64,000 nucleotides of DNA from Nymphaea colorata (Eukaryota), in contig NC_045138.2 of the NCBI RefSeq assembly GCF_008831285.2, forward strand, positions 24,056,001 through 24,120,000, given 5' to 3'. Under the pieces are notes generated by a model. That model worked only from the letters and a program-made list of their open reading frames with translations, had not been told where the DNA came from and searched no databases. Made by a program: the position numbers and the translations under genes. Of this stretch, positions 12,401-25,779 are shown in pieces. The first letter of the stretch is position 1. Each line of letters begins with the position of its first letter.

Positions 12401-15400
12401 CTTTCTATTTTAAAAAAGGAAGACAGCCAAAGGCGCAGCAGTCGTCCTCTTTAAAGGACAACCAATCTGCTGTCCTTTAAAAAGGATGACTAGACTACGT
12501 ATTTTTAAAAGAAAAACTTTATTTCATGTTCTCTCTCTCCCTCTCTTTCTTTTTCAAACTTTCAGCTTTCTCTTTCTTTTTAAAAAGGAAGACAGCAAAA
12601 GACTACTGTGCAAAAGGCACAGCAGACTGGTCGTCAAGGACCAGTAGCCTTAAAATGCACCCAACACTCACATTCAATTTAAAATGCACCCAGCAAGCAA
12701 AATGACCTTTGAAAAAAACTTAATTTTCAGTACAAAAAATATAAACATATAGCATATATATATATATATATAGCCTCACCCCAGGACCCAAATTTTCTAC
12801 TGCACCAGCACCTGCATCCCGCACCTATGTGACATAGTACCAGTCTACTAGAGATATTTTTAGTGTAATTTTTGCAAGTTAGTCGGTCCTTTCTACCTTT
12901 GACAAACATTAGGGATTTCTCAAAATTTCTTAAGAAGCTAGTACAAAAAGCCTCAAACAAGTTGCATAATCAATTCAGATAATAAATCATGTTCTCATGG
13001 ATTAAATAATCAGGTTGGTCACTAAAGCAGTTTAACAGATGGAGAGTAAAACCTATAGGACATACATACAACATGACATGTAGGAATCAGTCCTGTGCTT
13101 TGTCAAGATTCCCACACTACACTTACATAGAACACGAATAGTAGTTGCCAGAAAAGTTATATGCGATGCTAGAATGTCTCAAATGGTTGACGATGATAAG
13201 AAGTATGTAAAAACTGATGGAGTTAAACCTGCTCAAGATTTTATGAAGTATGAGTAAACTTTTCTTATCATGTATTCCTGTTACATATGCATCAAAGTGG
13301 GAAAAAACTCCAATGCAAACATACAGAAAGATAAATCAAGTTGAAGAAGATCATAACTACTATTTGAAATATACCTCAAGATGTCTCAAGCTGCCAATGT
13401 TCTGTAAACTACCACTCGCATTAAATGGAGGAAAGGAAACTCCATCATCACTTCCTTGAAGGCGCTTTAACAGCTTTTCACTCAAGCTCCTTGCTTCAGA
13501 AGCCTTGTTTAGGGCATCTTCCGTAGCCAAAAACTGCTGCACATGGGCTTTCTGGAAGAAAGAAATTACTTGATATGGCATATGGTCATTCACATAAATG
13601 CAATAAAGAAAAGGAAATGGAGGTATAAAGAATGAATATGTAGTAACCAGATAAATCCCCGTCAATAATTTAAAACATTAAATATGGAAACAATTAAACA
13701 GTATCATTGAACTCAAGTTTGCACATTTAACAGATAACAGGTGCTATCATCTTGCATGATCAGGAAAGATAAAAAAATCTCCAAGATCACAAAATGTGTA
13801 CACATCCAGGACAAAAAGTTCAATGCCTTCATAGTAAAGGATGCATTTATTTAAGGATAGTAAATCCTCTTGAATGCCAGTTGACAATTGTGAGGGGCTT
13901 GTAAGCTGAAGCAAATCGAGCAAAAAAAACTGTTACCTCAACTCTTATAGGGAAGACATGACAAAGAAATCTCAACAAACTTCATTACATCATCCACCAA
14001 GCTACTGGAAAAATCCTTAAACAACAATATTAGCAAAAAAAAATAAAGCCTAAAATAATGGAAGTTTTGGATTAAGACAAAGCCAAAACAGCTACAAAGC
14101 ACAAAATCCAACACAGAATTAAAGCAAATTCAAGCAATGTAGTCCAAACGAACATTCAAAGAAAGTGGTGAAATCCAATAAATCATTTCATTTTCCTTCC
14201 CTTTCGTAAGTTTTATCCGGTATCATTCTTTCTAGGGATGTTCAGGGAGTCAAGCCAACTCGAGCACGACTCGAACTTGCTCGTCTAAACTCAACTCGTT
14301 TATTAAATGAGTCAAGTTCAAGTTAAGAAATGGACTCGCTCAAACAATCAAGTCAAGTTCGAACTAGGCAAACTCGGCTCATGTAAACTTGTTTAAGCTT
14401 GTGGTAAGAATATGTAGAAGGTGTCTTACATTATTATCAAAAAAACAGACTTGCTTCAATGGGTCTCCTTGTGTCTTGTAACAGACAGGTCCAAAGATCA
14501 AGTATGATTGTCCCCGCCATATGAAAATTGTTTTTTTAATGAGTAATGGTTCAGCTAGCCTAAGTTCGAGTTGAGTCAAGCCAAGCTCAAGTTAGTCAAC
14601 TCGAGCTCGAGCTGTGGGGTTTGAGACTCGATCCGAGCTCGAACTAAACTAGCTTAGCTCGAACTCGGCTCGTAAACACTCCTAATTCTTCCTGGAAAAT
14701 AGTTCTGCTTCTACAAGTCTAATCATTGATATATCCTCAAGTTCTACACCATGATCCTGCATATATTGTTATCATCAATGATCACCTCTTCCAACTCCTC
14801 TCAATCATCTTGATTGGTCCTCATCATTGTTGGCATGGTAGCATAATGTGAAGCAATAGGCCTTACAACTTTGCATCAAAAGAATTGAGATCCACCATCA
14901 CCTACCTTACCTTGGAGCACATATTATGGGCTGGACCAAGCTTGTAATCTCAAGACATTGCGTTCTTCTCAGCAGTGCTCAAAGCCTCACCCAAGTTAGA
15001 AAGGCATCTTTGTGTTTCAATGCTGCATCTCTACCAGGCACATGCAACTGGCTTTTTGCACTTCAGCTTCTCAATATTGAGCAAGAAGGTTATGTAGCTG
15101 ACGGAAGCCATAGCAACACAGCTCATCGCATCAAATTAGAAGTCTGAAGTCCAACCAGGTATGTGACTGCTGATATTGTGTCCCCCTATTCATGTTGCAA
15201 AGGTTGAGGTGATAAAAGCCCCATGTACTCAGCCACCATCTTCAACTTGTGTCATAATTGTAGGCAATAACAAGTCTCCTATGAATAACCAGGTGGGATG
15301 AATTTGTCTTGCATCACCCACCTGGCTTCTAATCACACATGCACTACTAAAGTCCCTGGCCTGCTCTTGTCAAGTCAAAGTCTGTCTGGGAAAAAAGGAG

Positions 15401-17735
15401 TGACTTGTAAAGTCAAGTCATGGCGAGACTACCTTGCAATGATGCTGAGACACCTGATGAAACTTGAAATGTTGCTCCATAACCTAAGGCTTCTCCAAAG
15501 ACATCAGCCTAAGTCACCAAGGTGCGGCATTTCTGGACCCATATCCGCGTCGACGCGGGTGCGGGTGCGACCCAGATTCACACCCAAACTAGTCAAAGTT
15601 GAGTCGGGTGTGGTCAGCGACACACGACTAAAATACTCTTTTTCGAACGCGCACCCGACTCGGTTCAAACGTGAGTCGGGTGCGGTCAAACTGCACCATG
15701 TCCATTTCCATCCATTTTTGGGGTTTTTTTTATTTTTAACAAATTCGAAATAGGGCACGATCGTCTCGTCCCTTGCTGTTGCTCTCTCTCTCTCTCTCCG
15801 CTGCAAAGGTCTCGCCCTTTGCCACTGCTTTCTCTCTCTCCGCTACGACAGGCGTCCGCTGCTCTCCGTCCAGCGACCGGCATCCGCTGCTCTCTCAGTC
15901 TGATTTCTACCTCCATCCCCTCTATTTTTCTTTCACATCTTTCCACTTCTTCTTCACTCACGAACGAAGCTGCATTTTAGGAAGGTAAACTCTCTCTCTC
16001 ACTCTTTGCAGCAGTGTGTGTTTTCTTTTTATTGTTCGATTCTAATATCGCGCTTCGATTTTGGTTTCTCTCTGTTATAGTGTTATGTCTCGTCTCGTCT
16101 TTGTTTTAGTGTGTTGTTCTCTCACTCTACTATTCTTTTTTTCTCTGGTATAACGGACGTTGAGTGCAATTGTCTGTGAAAATGTTTGTTGTTTTCTTTT
16201 GTGTTTACGTTTCCGGAATAGTGATGCAACCTCGAGAGCCCTTGTTTGTTTATGTGGTCGTTCAAGAGGGGTCTTCAATGGCTTGGCTTCTCATTGTTGC
16301 TCTGCAAAACGGACGCAGAATATTTGCATCATTCTTTTCTTTGAGCTCTGCTTCTGTGTGGAAATTATGTTGTTGCACGAATAAAACACCATATTATTAA
16401 GTGGCTTTGTAGTGCGAAGCATCGATGGTGTCAAAGAGTGCAGGATGCACTTATTCAAATGGTGTTTAGTAGAGACTGGAGCTTTTATCGGGTTGAAGAT
16501 GAGGCTGAAGCTCAAATTATTAAAAACCTTATCGTTGAAGATAAATGGTGGGATAAAATTGCAAATTTTTGGGATTTTAGAGATCCAATTTGGTGCATGT
16601 TGAGAGTTGTTGATAAAGATGAGCCTATGCTTCATAAAGTTTACGAAATGTGGGACGATATGATTGAATAAGTGTATAGTTTTTAAGAAAAAAAAGACAT
16701 TGCACTTGATAATTCAGAGTTCTTTGATCGCATATACACAATATTAGTTGAAAGATGAGATAAGAGCAATACTCCCTTCCATTGCATGGCTCATTCTATG
16801 AATCCCAAATATTACACAAAAAAATAGATTGTAGGAGCTCCTGGACGTGTTACTCCAAATCTAGATAATGAGTTAAACATTTAAGGAATGTCATGTATGA
16901 AAAGACTTTTTACACATTCTTATACCAAAAGACAAGCTATTTGTGAATATTCAAAGTTTTTTTTAGGAGATTTTAGTTCTGAAGGCGCAGCAGCAACAAG
17001 AGAAGATGATGGCATAAGTCCTTTTGATTGGTGGGCGTCCTATGGATCAGAAATGCTCGTGTTTCAGAAACTTGCTTTGAGATTACTATCACAACCTGTT
17101 AAATCATCGTGTTGTGAAAGAAATTGGAGCATATATGGTCATATACACAACATTAAAAGGAACAAGTCAACAAGCACACTAGCCAACGTGCAGAGGGCTT
17201 GGTTTATGTGCATTCTAATTTGCGTCTTTTTTTAAGGAAAGAAAAAGAATATAGGTATTTCTTTATTATGTTTTTTTGTTTTGCTCAATTTCTTATGTTG
17301 TATTAGATTTTCTATATTTTTGTGGTAAATATTTTTTATTGTTTAACTTTCATCTTTAATAAAATGTAGTTGTGGATCATCTCAATATTGGGATGTAAAT
17401 CCAGATTTTCGATGGAGAACGCAATTTATATACTGCAAACATGAATTTATCTGATCCTGTTATTCCTTTTGAGGAGTTTGATGATGATGATATCGTTAAA
17501 GCATTGAAAAAAATCAAGATATTGGTGGAAGTGGAACTGAAATTCAACTCTGATTAATGATGTAATATGTATTGATGTATGAAGTATGACTGTAACTGTG
17601 ATTCTATGAACTCAAAACTAAAGTATATTTCTTGTTGTATGTTGAATTGATGATTGATAATGATATCATGATTAATAAATTGCAATTTTAATTTTGTTAT
17701 TTAATAATTTTGTGGTTTATAGACAATTTTTTGTC

Positions 17736-17778
<43 letters not shown>

Positions 17779-20700
17779 AACTTAATAATAATAATACTAA
17801 ATACTCTCGCCGCACCGCCGCACCTAAATTTTTTGAGATGTGCCTCACCGGCACCTGCACCCCGCACCTTGGTGACATAGACATGAGCAGCAACTCAGCC
17901 TGCAAATATCTAGTTTGCTCCATATATCTCAAACTACACCTTCTTATGTTCAAACAACACTCACAAGTATAGACTTGGGCGCACAATCATCATCAATTGT
18001 ACTTGTATCCAGAAGAACATATGTATTTTCACCTTTTGGTTTGACTGAACCTTGAAGGTGTTGGCCACAGCGCAACAAGTGTCTCCATATCCCACTTTCT
18101 GTATGGAGCATCTTGGAGGCCTTTGGGTTTCCGACTAGCTTTTGAAAACATATGTTGCATTCCAGGTTAGGTGGAACTTTATCAAGTCAATTTGAGTTTA
18201 GAATCTTTAGATATTCTCACAAACATCATTCTCTGTTTTTATCAATGAAATTTTTCTTGGTTATTAATCAGGAAGTTTGCTTTTCTTGAAAAATTATTGA
18301 ACACTTAAAAACTAAAAATATAAAAATTAACAAAATATTATGAAAACTTGAGTTTTCCTCTATTTTTCTCACAAAAACTTTGATAAAAATTTGAAATTAT
18401 TATGAAAATTATGAGAAGTTGGACTCCATGACTCAGAGGATCGTTCGTTCTCCACTCTCTTGCTACACCTTTGCCTGCAAGGAGCACAAAGACCAAGGTG
18501 CATATTATCATATAGAAACAAGCGAAGTGTACCTGTCTGTAGCACAAAGGATGGGTATTGATTCAAAGATCATCAAGCCTCAATGGAATGGACCTAGCCA
18601 AGTGTGGGATAGCCATTTTACTAGGCTTCCCTGCATGTATTGACTATTGAGGTTGAGCTACATTCGAATTTGGATTCTGTACTGAGCTAGACACAGATAG
18701 AGTTGGATGTTATTAGCCCACGGTTGGGGTTTTGAGTCCATAAAAAGTTCAAACCTGCTATGGTAGGGCCTTGAAGTGGACGGACAGAAATTTGGTACGT
18801 AATTTGAGGGTGCACATATGGAAACAAGTGGGTCCAGTTCTGGGTTAGTAGAATTTGGGCCAAAACAGAAGGACTTGAGTCCACATAGAATATAGAGTAA
18901 GTCAGGTTATAACTTATAACAATGGGTCAAGATTCGGCCGAATAGGTGGTTGGAGAGGATCCAACTTTGAAGACCCATCTAACTGCATGGTGAGACAAGG
19001 GAAGATTGAGCAAAACATGGTTTGGACTTTGGAGTCTCGACCAATACCATAAAGAAACTAAGTTCATTTTACAAGATAGGGAGGATCCAAAGAATGGTCA
19101 ACAGGTTCTACGTTAAGGCAGCCCATTATAACAGCCCTAAAGGAGTGTGGCCAGAAAAGGGGCTCAACAGTCAGACATCAGTGGTGTAGCCCCAATGGGG
19201 AAGCAACCACAGCCCCATCACTCCCCTTGCACCCAGTAGCACCCACGGTGGCTAGGGGAGCTTCATAGCAATATTAGGAGCTATTTATTAAAAAGTATTA
19301 CTAGCTGTGTCTCAGATATGGATCTCAATCTGCATTATCCAAAAAAAAATTGTATCTAGTAAAGCAACACCTTGCATCAGAAATCATTCTAGGTCAGTTT
19401 CTATAAATCCCATTTTTCAAGTAGAGGTATAACAATAATTGGAAAGTGAAGCTATCACTATTTAATATTTGATGTCATCTTCTATGTTCACAACTTCACA
19501 TACATGTGGTGTCCTCCAAGTAATTCACAATTCACAAGCTTTTTCCACTTTTCAGCATCCACATGTTGTAGCATAAATGAGAATGAAAGCAAATAGTAAC
19601 AATTTATTATGAATAATGCCTCTGATGTTAGTGCCTAAAGTGTACAAATCAATTGATGATATACACAACACAGGCACACTTTTCCAAATAGTCACAACAT
19701 TAAGTCTTCACAGGCAATTCATTGTGTCCAGGAGCCATGCGAAACCAGTTCCTATTGATCCCATAGAACTTGGCCACTAGGCATACCATATATACAATTA
19801 CAGATATATATGATATAATTTGTTTGTATTTATGCGCTTTCATTTCTTTCCTTTTTAACCAGTTTAGCTCATCTACCAATTTCTAACATCTAGCCTCAAA
19901 ATTGTCTTAAAACCATAGTCAACAATATCATTTTTGCCATGTCTTCCCAAGATTTTCTTCCAGGAATTTTTTTCCAGGGTGAAGATTTTCTTTTAGGATC
20001 TTGGAAGTTGGGAAGTTCAAAAACTCAAAAAAAAAAATACAAAGAACAGAAGAAACGTTGTGTTGCAAAAGTATAATTAAACATATGACTAAAAACTTTC
20101 TTGCAGAAGTAGAGAAAAACAAGTAAACATTAAAAAACCTTTTCAAGAACATAAAAGAAACAAAAATGAAAAAAATCACATGCTTGAAAATATGAAAAAG
20201 CGACTTTTATGAAAGAATGAGAAAAATATCAGGAATATCTTGAGATAATACCACAATAACTCACAACATTTTTGTCCTTACGGAATTTTGAAAATATCAG
20301 GAGCTACCTTCTAGAAGAATTGGATATTTTTATAACATCAAAGACATCTGTGACCAAGGCTAATGCCATTTCAAATGTCGATTCTATTAACCGCTTTAGA
20401 TATGCTCTGCATACTTAGCCACCACAAGAAATCCCTTTATACAGAGAACTAAAGCTTCCACAACATTCATCTTGACAAATTCCTAACTGCAGGCACAGAA
20501 ATGCACAATGCCTAGAATGGGAAAAAAAAATCATCAAACCAGAATTTCAAAACAATGACTTATTGTTGCCAAAGTTAAATAATTGTTCACCTTTTAAAAG
20601 AGAAAACACACATAAGGAAACAATACCTGTCGCTCGAGTAATTGATTAGATGTGCTTTTGGCCGACACATCCATCCCCAATTTCCCGCTACCATACACTT

Positions 20701-23302
20701 GATAGTGTAGGCGTGATACTGAATCAGGAGATCCAGCATCCATCACTCCATTGTTCTCATATTTGTATCTGGCGAAACAGAAGACACAGAAAGAGAATGA
20801 ACAAGAGAAACCAAAACGAAGATAGTGGTACTTCAAGTTTTTTCCTGCATTCCATACTATTGCCTTTAGGGCATTAGTTACAGTGTAACACCATCACCCC
20901 ATCATCATGAAGATGATAATCAAGTCTCATCCGCAAAAGTTTTCAGCTGTTTGGTCCTGTCTCTTTATGTGTTTAGTTCTGCAATTAGAACAAACAAGTG
21001 CATAACCTTATATGTCCCATCTCACGGCATACCACAGCCATCAACATCAGTTCTTTCTATTTCTTTAAGCCCATGTATACCACCCTTCTATGTAATTATG
21101 GTTATCATTGTTAAACGGTTTATTTTGTCAAGCACTCACCTTGACATAACCTTAATTATTTCAGGCCTCCTTAACTTTTATACCTTAAGTTCCCAATCTT
21201 GAAACCTAAATATATTGAATTCCAAGGGATCTTTGCCACATTGTCACTAGCAATTGAGAAAACTCAAATTCTATCCAATGGAAGACATAGTGAAACTTGA
21301 AAGCAACAAACAAAGCCTTCCACTTATTTGGTAGGTCTAGGTCCACCCTGATGAGAAAAAACCTAAGGCTAAATTCCAGCTCATGAAAGATATGTTGCAA
21401 CTCGCAAGCAGCGAAGAAAGCCTACCACTTATCTGGTAGTTCAACATTTGATGAGTTATTATTTACCCGGTACAAAGGCTTATGCTGTTAAGATCCAAAA
21501 TGATTGTCAAATGGAAGGGGCAAAAAAAGATCAGATAGAAATGACCAGTTGAAATGTCCATGCTCCTCAATTAACAAGATGGAAGTTTATATACATATAT
21601 CTACATTATTGACAGACTGGCGTGTAAGATTAGTAAATGAAAAGCTTACGATATCAAAGAAAGACACACATATCTAGTGAGAAAACAAACCTTAACAGTT
21701 CTGCATCAGCCCGGACATCAATTTTTTCTGTTTCCTTATTTATGAAGGTTTTCATCCCTGAAGTGTATGAGGTCATTGTCTGGAGAAGCTGAATTGGGCT
21801 TTTCAGTTCATGCAATACAATGTTCCTAATGTCGTCTGGTATTTTTCCATCACAATCCATGCTCAAACTGGAAACTTCCAGTTGGGGGTTTGTGTGAACA
21901 CCAGTACCCTCATAAGCTGGAAAAACATTACGGATCTTTTGAATCATATGAACTGCAAGGACTTCACAGGCCTTCTGTATATTTCTCTCTCGAGCTGTTT
22001 CTATAAGAATATCATCTGTGGCTTTGCTGCCTTTAATGGTGGAGAATACTGTGTCATTCTCACTACCGGGGTGTGTATCATCAACAACATCCTGAGAATC
22101 AGATATCTTGATCCGGTGAGCATCCTTTGCCTGACCAACATAACGGTGGATGTTCTTTTGGTATTCTGCAAATATCTTGACAGCTTCTTCACATTGTTGA
22201 TCATAAGCTTCCAACATTATCCGCCTGTGCCTGGAAAAGGAGGACACCGGTAAGAGCCAGAATTCACTCATATGATTGGAGAATAGTACTTATTCACCGA
22301 AAAATAATCTCCCCAATCATTCATGCAGATCAAAAGGTGCATACAAAAAGCTCAGAAGTGATATACCAAACTTCTGTATTGACAACCCATATAATTGAGT
22401 TTATTTCAAAACAAACGCCAACATTACCTGTAAAAGAAACGATAATTGCCCAAATTTGTTATTTCAAAGAACAAATAATTTTATGTATAAATAAGTTTCA
22501 AGTCAGACGCACAATCACTTTCTGTCGTGTATTATCAATAGACCGTTTGTTTTATTTGTCAAGTCGGCATCTATCTGAAGAGTTACGTCAAACAGACACA
22601 AAAGAGTAGAAAAATAGAAAGAATTAAGTAGTGAAATTACTTGAAAGGAAGTTCTAAGGAAAAAAATGGAACAGAAAACCCCCAAAAAAAAAATCAGATG
22701 ATTCGTGGAACAAGAAGAAATAAAGGAAAAGAGAACCAGCATTTCCATAAGAAAGCCGGTGGCGAAGATTGGCTTAAAAAAAAATAAATTAAAAAGACGA
22801 CGAAGGAAGATCCCATCTTTCCGACTCACTTGTACCCTGCCCTTTCGTCCAACATCCGTTTCCTCTCCGCCTCCTCCCTTGCGACCTCGAGCATCCTAGC
22901 ATGAACATCTTTCCGCTGCCTCCTTACGATGTGCCTGAGCCTCTCCACCTCCTCCTCCGCCAGCTCCCTCTCCCTCAGCGCCCTCTCCCGATTCTCCGTC
23001 ACGGCCTCCGTCCCCGGCCCCGCCTTGGGCCGCCTGCCCCTGCTCCTTCCCTCCTCGGTCTTTGCTGCGGCGTCAATGCCACCGTTCCCGTGGACAAGGA
23101 TGTTTCTTCGGATATTTCTCACCGTCTTTTCCGACTTCACCCGCCTCAGGAGGAAACTCCACACAGGGATCATGTTTCCCCTGCAGATCTTCTGCAGGTT
23201 TTCCGGCGATGGGAGAGGCGCAAGGTACCGGTAACCCATCTCTTTCTGAAGCCACTCGAGGATTGCCTCCGGCGTCGGCGTGGGTCCAACGGAGCCCTGC
23301 AT
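6450..23302 (-). CDS. AUG5: Augmin subunit 5 (HAUS5-like), 10 exons, 782 aa
   Basis: Exons (- strand): 23302-22830, 22230-21691, 20768-20627, 13551-13375, 12105-11896, 10306-10121, 9131-8972, 7455-7260, 7095-6963, 6581-6450. All introns are GT-AG with consistent phases; total 2349 nt ending in TGA. N-terminus ([14 protein letters not shown]...[24 protein letters not shown]) and C-terminus ([15 protein letters not shown]...[18 protein letters not shown]) are typical of plant AUG5. Confidence 0.93.
8386..8581. repeat. 98-bp tandem duplication in AUG5 intron 7
   Basis: CAATAAAGCAACAAAACAGTTCTTCAATAATGAC... starts at both 8386 and 8484. Confidence 0.9.
9553..9620. repeat. 30-bp tandem duplication in AUG5 intron 6
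   Basis: CATGCAGCTGTTGAATTATGACGCTTGACA, about 2.3 copies. Confidence 0.9.
10800..11250 (-). mobile_element. Possible highly decayed LINE reverse-transcriptase remnant in AUG5 intron 5
   Basis: Minus strand gives DF*P..NKVVYKL..ILA (cf. DFRPISLCNVVYKLI..LA.RL) and LSY-DDTLFL (cf. YADD), in RT order, with frameshifts. Confidence 0.3.
14233..14684. mobile_element. hAT-type MITE with CTCGAGCT-like repeats
   Basis: Imperfect TIRs TAGGGATGTTCA ... TAAACACTCCTA; 8-bp TSD ATTCTTTC / ATTCTTCC. Confidence 0.75.
14850..15500 (-). mobile_element. Possible LTR-retrotransposon gag remnant
   Basis: Minus strand reads [11 protein letters not shown]...VAEYM, resembling the retrotransposon gag motif. Heavily disrupted and adjacent to the hAT insertion. 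Confidence 0.3.
15509..17880 (+). mobile_element. Non-autonomous hAT DNA transposon (2372 bp) with a decayed transposase C-terminus
   Basis: 19-bp TIR CTAAGTCACCAAGGTGCGG / CCGCACCTTGGTGACATAG (1 mismatch); 8-bp TSD ACATCAGC / ACATGAGC; GTGCGG subterminal repeats. hAT dimerisation-domain motif PFDWWASYG...[22 protein letters not shown]...IHNIKRNK lies in 16888-17235, with stops upstream. Confidence 0.92.
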
Positions 23303-23520
23303 CTTGCCGGATCCGGGTCGAAAATACTCTCAGAGGACTAGATTCCGAGACTATTGATCATTGGATGCAGACAATTCTCGGCACAGACAACCGACGAGAA
23401 GCCCTAACCCTAATTGAATGAAGACGGGACCGACTCGCTCTCTCCCTTTCTCTTTGTCTGACAAACGAGATCAGCCAAAGGCGAAGCGTGGAGACGGACA
23501 GCAGTGGTTGAAACTGAGGC

Positions 23521-23528
23521 GCGGGAAA
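23521..23528 (-). promoter_or_regulatory. E2F binding site (TTTCCCGC) in the AUG5 promoter
   Basis: GCGGGAAA on + reads TTTCCCGC on -, the canonical plant E2F site, about 220 bp upstream of the AUG5 ATG. Confidence 0.5.
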
Positions 23529-23830
23529 TATACAAAGCTGTTACAGTGGAAAGCGTGCTGCTGCAGCTCGGCGGATTGAAGCGTAAGTCCAACGTGCTGA
23601 CGCCAGCAAATGAGGAGGGGATTCGGGAATGCTCGAGTACGGGTGCAGGCGCGGTAAACGAAGTACCGGCCTTTTTAACCCCTGGCTAGTTTTTAGACAT
23701 GCCACCTTTATTTTAGCTACAAATCAATATCAAACCCATTTTATTTTAGCAAATCATCATGCGTTCTTTATTTTTGTACATGCATATCAAACCCAGTTAT
23801 TGTACATGGGCCATAGCCCAAACACAGTCT

Positions 23831-24131
23831 TAGGGATGTCAAGATTTACTTAATTACATTTGTTTTTTTTTATAGATTTGATTTCGAATAAAGAAAAGTC
23901 ATATCCAAATTCAAATCCAAAATTCAATTTTACAATCTTAATTTGATTCGAATCTGATTTTTATATTTATATATAAATCTGAATCCGAATTGTATATTTG
24001 AAACCAATCATATGTCGTTTATTAAATCTGACTTGATTTCTTAATTGAATATTAATTTTTTTTTCATATCTGATTTTTTCAGATCAGTTCGATCATATAT
24101 CTAATTCAAATCAAATATGTTGACATCCCTA
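23831..24131. mobile_element. hAT-type MITE (TAGGGATGTCAA family)
   Basis: Perfect 12-bp TIR TAGGGATGTCAA / TTGACATCCCTA; internal ATCCAAAT/ATCTGA repeats. Confidence 0.75.
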
Positions 24132-25037
24132 ATTATAATTATGTACCATAAGAGGGTAAGTCTTTATGTATAAGTTAAAGTAAGTGGAGATCTCAATAGC
24201 GATGTAGGTGTGGACCTTGGGAGTAAGAGAAATAAGGAGGGGAGAGGCTTGAACTCTCAAACAAGCAATAGTGGGATAACACTCTCACTCACCCGAAATT
24301 CAATTACTCGTTTCACTCTCCCTACTCCCTTATCTTCCCTTAAAGCACCCAACATGAAATAGCATTTTCCTTTAAGCAAACGATGTACAAAACATTATTT
24401 GGCTAAGTTAGTGAATTTCACACACAATGGTGAGTGTTTATATCACTTATACTTTGTAAAGTAGGCATTTGAAGGGTGCACAGTAAATAATATTTTATTA
24501 GAACATAGCATAATCGGACAGATGTTGATTAGCCACAAGTATGTCCAGCGAAAGACAACATTTATAGGTCAATGCATGTATAATCTTTTGTCATATTGTA
24601 CTAGAGTATGTAAAATGTTGTCATTATTAGCATGTACAAAATATCAAAAGCTGTCATTTTGGTTCAAATGATTTGCATTATGCTATTATCATTGCAACAT
24701 GTCGCATGATGATGCATCATTGAATCGTCTTTCGTAGTTCTCTACCTACGACTGTGTTGTGGTAGGTGTGAAGGAGCTACGGTGCAAAATAGCAAAGTGC
24801 AAAATGTATGCAAATTGCTGATAAAACAACAAGCTTATGGGTTTTTTCACGTTTTGAAGCAAATATTGAGAATATTTGAATCCAAACCAATCTAAGACTC
24901 TTCAATTTTGAATCTTGGCCCATATTTGACCATGGATCACACCCCAAACTCTTTTATCCATCCCCTAACTAGTGGAATTTGCAAAGATGCCTCAAAATGG
25001 AGTTAGAGTCCTTAAAATGAGAATTTTTTATCATAAA

Positions 25038-25650
25038 TACCAATGCATAGAAGATGGACGAAATTAGAACAAACAAAATATCAAAGGCAGAATAAATGCA
25101 AAGAAACTTGGATCATAAAAGTTTCAAATGACATACTATTTAGCAACAACCACATAAAAAAGAAGATGGTAGTTCACAATTAAATGCACTAAATAGCAAC
25201 CATATACAATCCATTCAAATGCACCGAATAGCAACAAACCCCTCAAACTTGAGATTCATATAAATGTTTGTTGATGTACATGATAAATGTCTAATCATTA
25301 CAACCACATCAAATTACTTGTGAAAGTTAATAACAACAACAATTTTTTGTCAGCATCCTAAGCATCAATTGACGTACTTTTTAGCAACAACCTCATTACT
25401 TACCAATGCATAGAAGATAGATGAAATTAGAACAAACAAAATATCAAAGGCAAGATAAATGCAAACAAACTTTGATCATAAAAGTTTCAAATGACGTACT
25501 GTTTAACAACAACCACATCAATTACTTGTGCATAGAAGATCGATGCATCAAGGCCTCAAGTAATGTGCTCACTAGCAACAACCACATTAATTACTTTTGC
25601 ATAGAAGATGGATGCATTGGAACAAACAAAATATCAAAGACAAAAAAAAT
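25038..25650. repeat. About 120-bp dispersed direct repeat plus a partial third copy
   Basis: TACCAATGCATAGAAGAT...GAACAAACAAAATATCAAAGG at about 25038 and 25401; partial copy at about 25598. Confidence 0.75.
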
Positions 25651-25779
25651 GCAGAGAAAGTTAATTTATCAACATCCTTCAACTTTGGATAGTTTCTCTT
25701 ATCATGACTTGTTCCTCCACAACAATAAAAGAGCATTTGTTTGACCATATCATTATCAATTGAAGTATTTCTGCATAAC

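Noticed and set aside
22901..23421. Several overlapping + strand ORFs
   Set aside because: Antisense shadows of GC-rich AUG5 exon 1. The same applies to ORFs overlapping TL19, SAP and PHD exon 2.
24400..25000. Possible second MULE ORF (Ulp1-like protease) relic
   Set aside because: No catalytic motif could be read convincingly.
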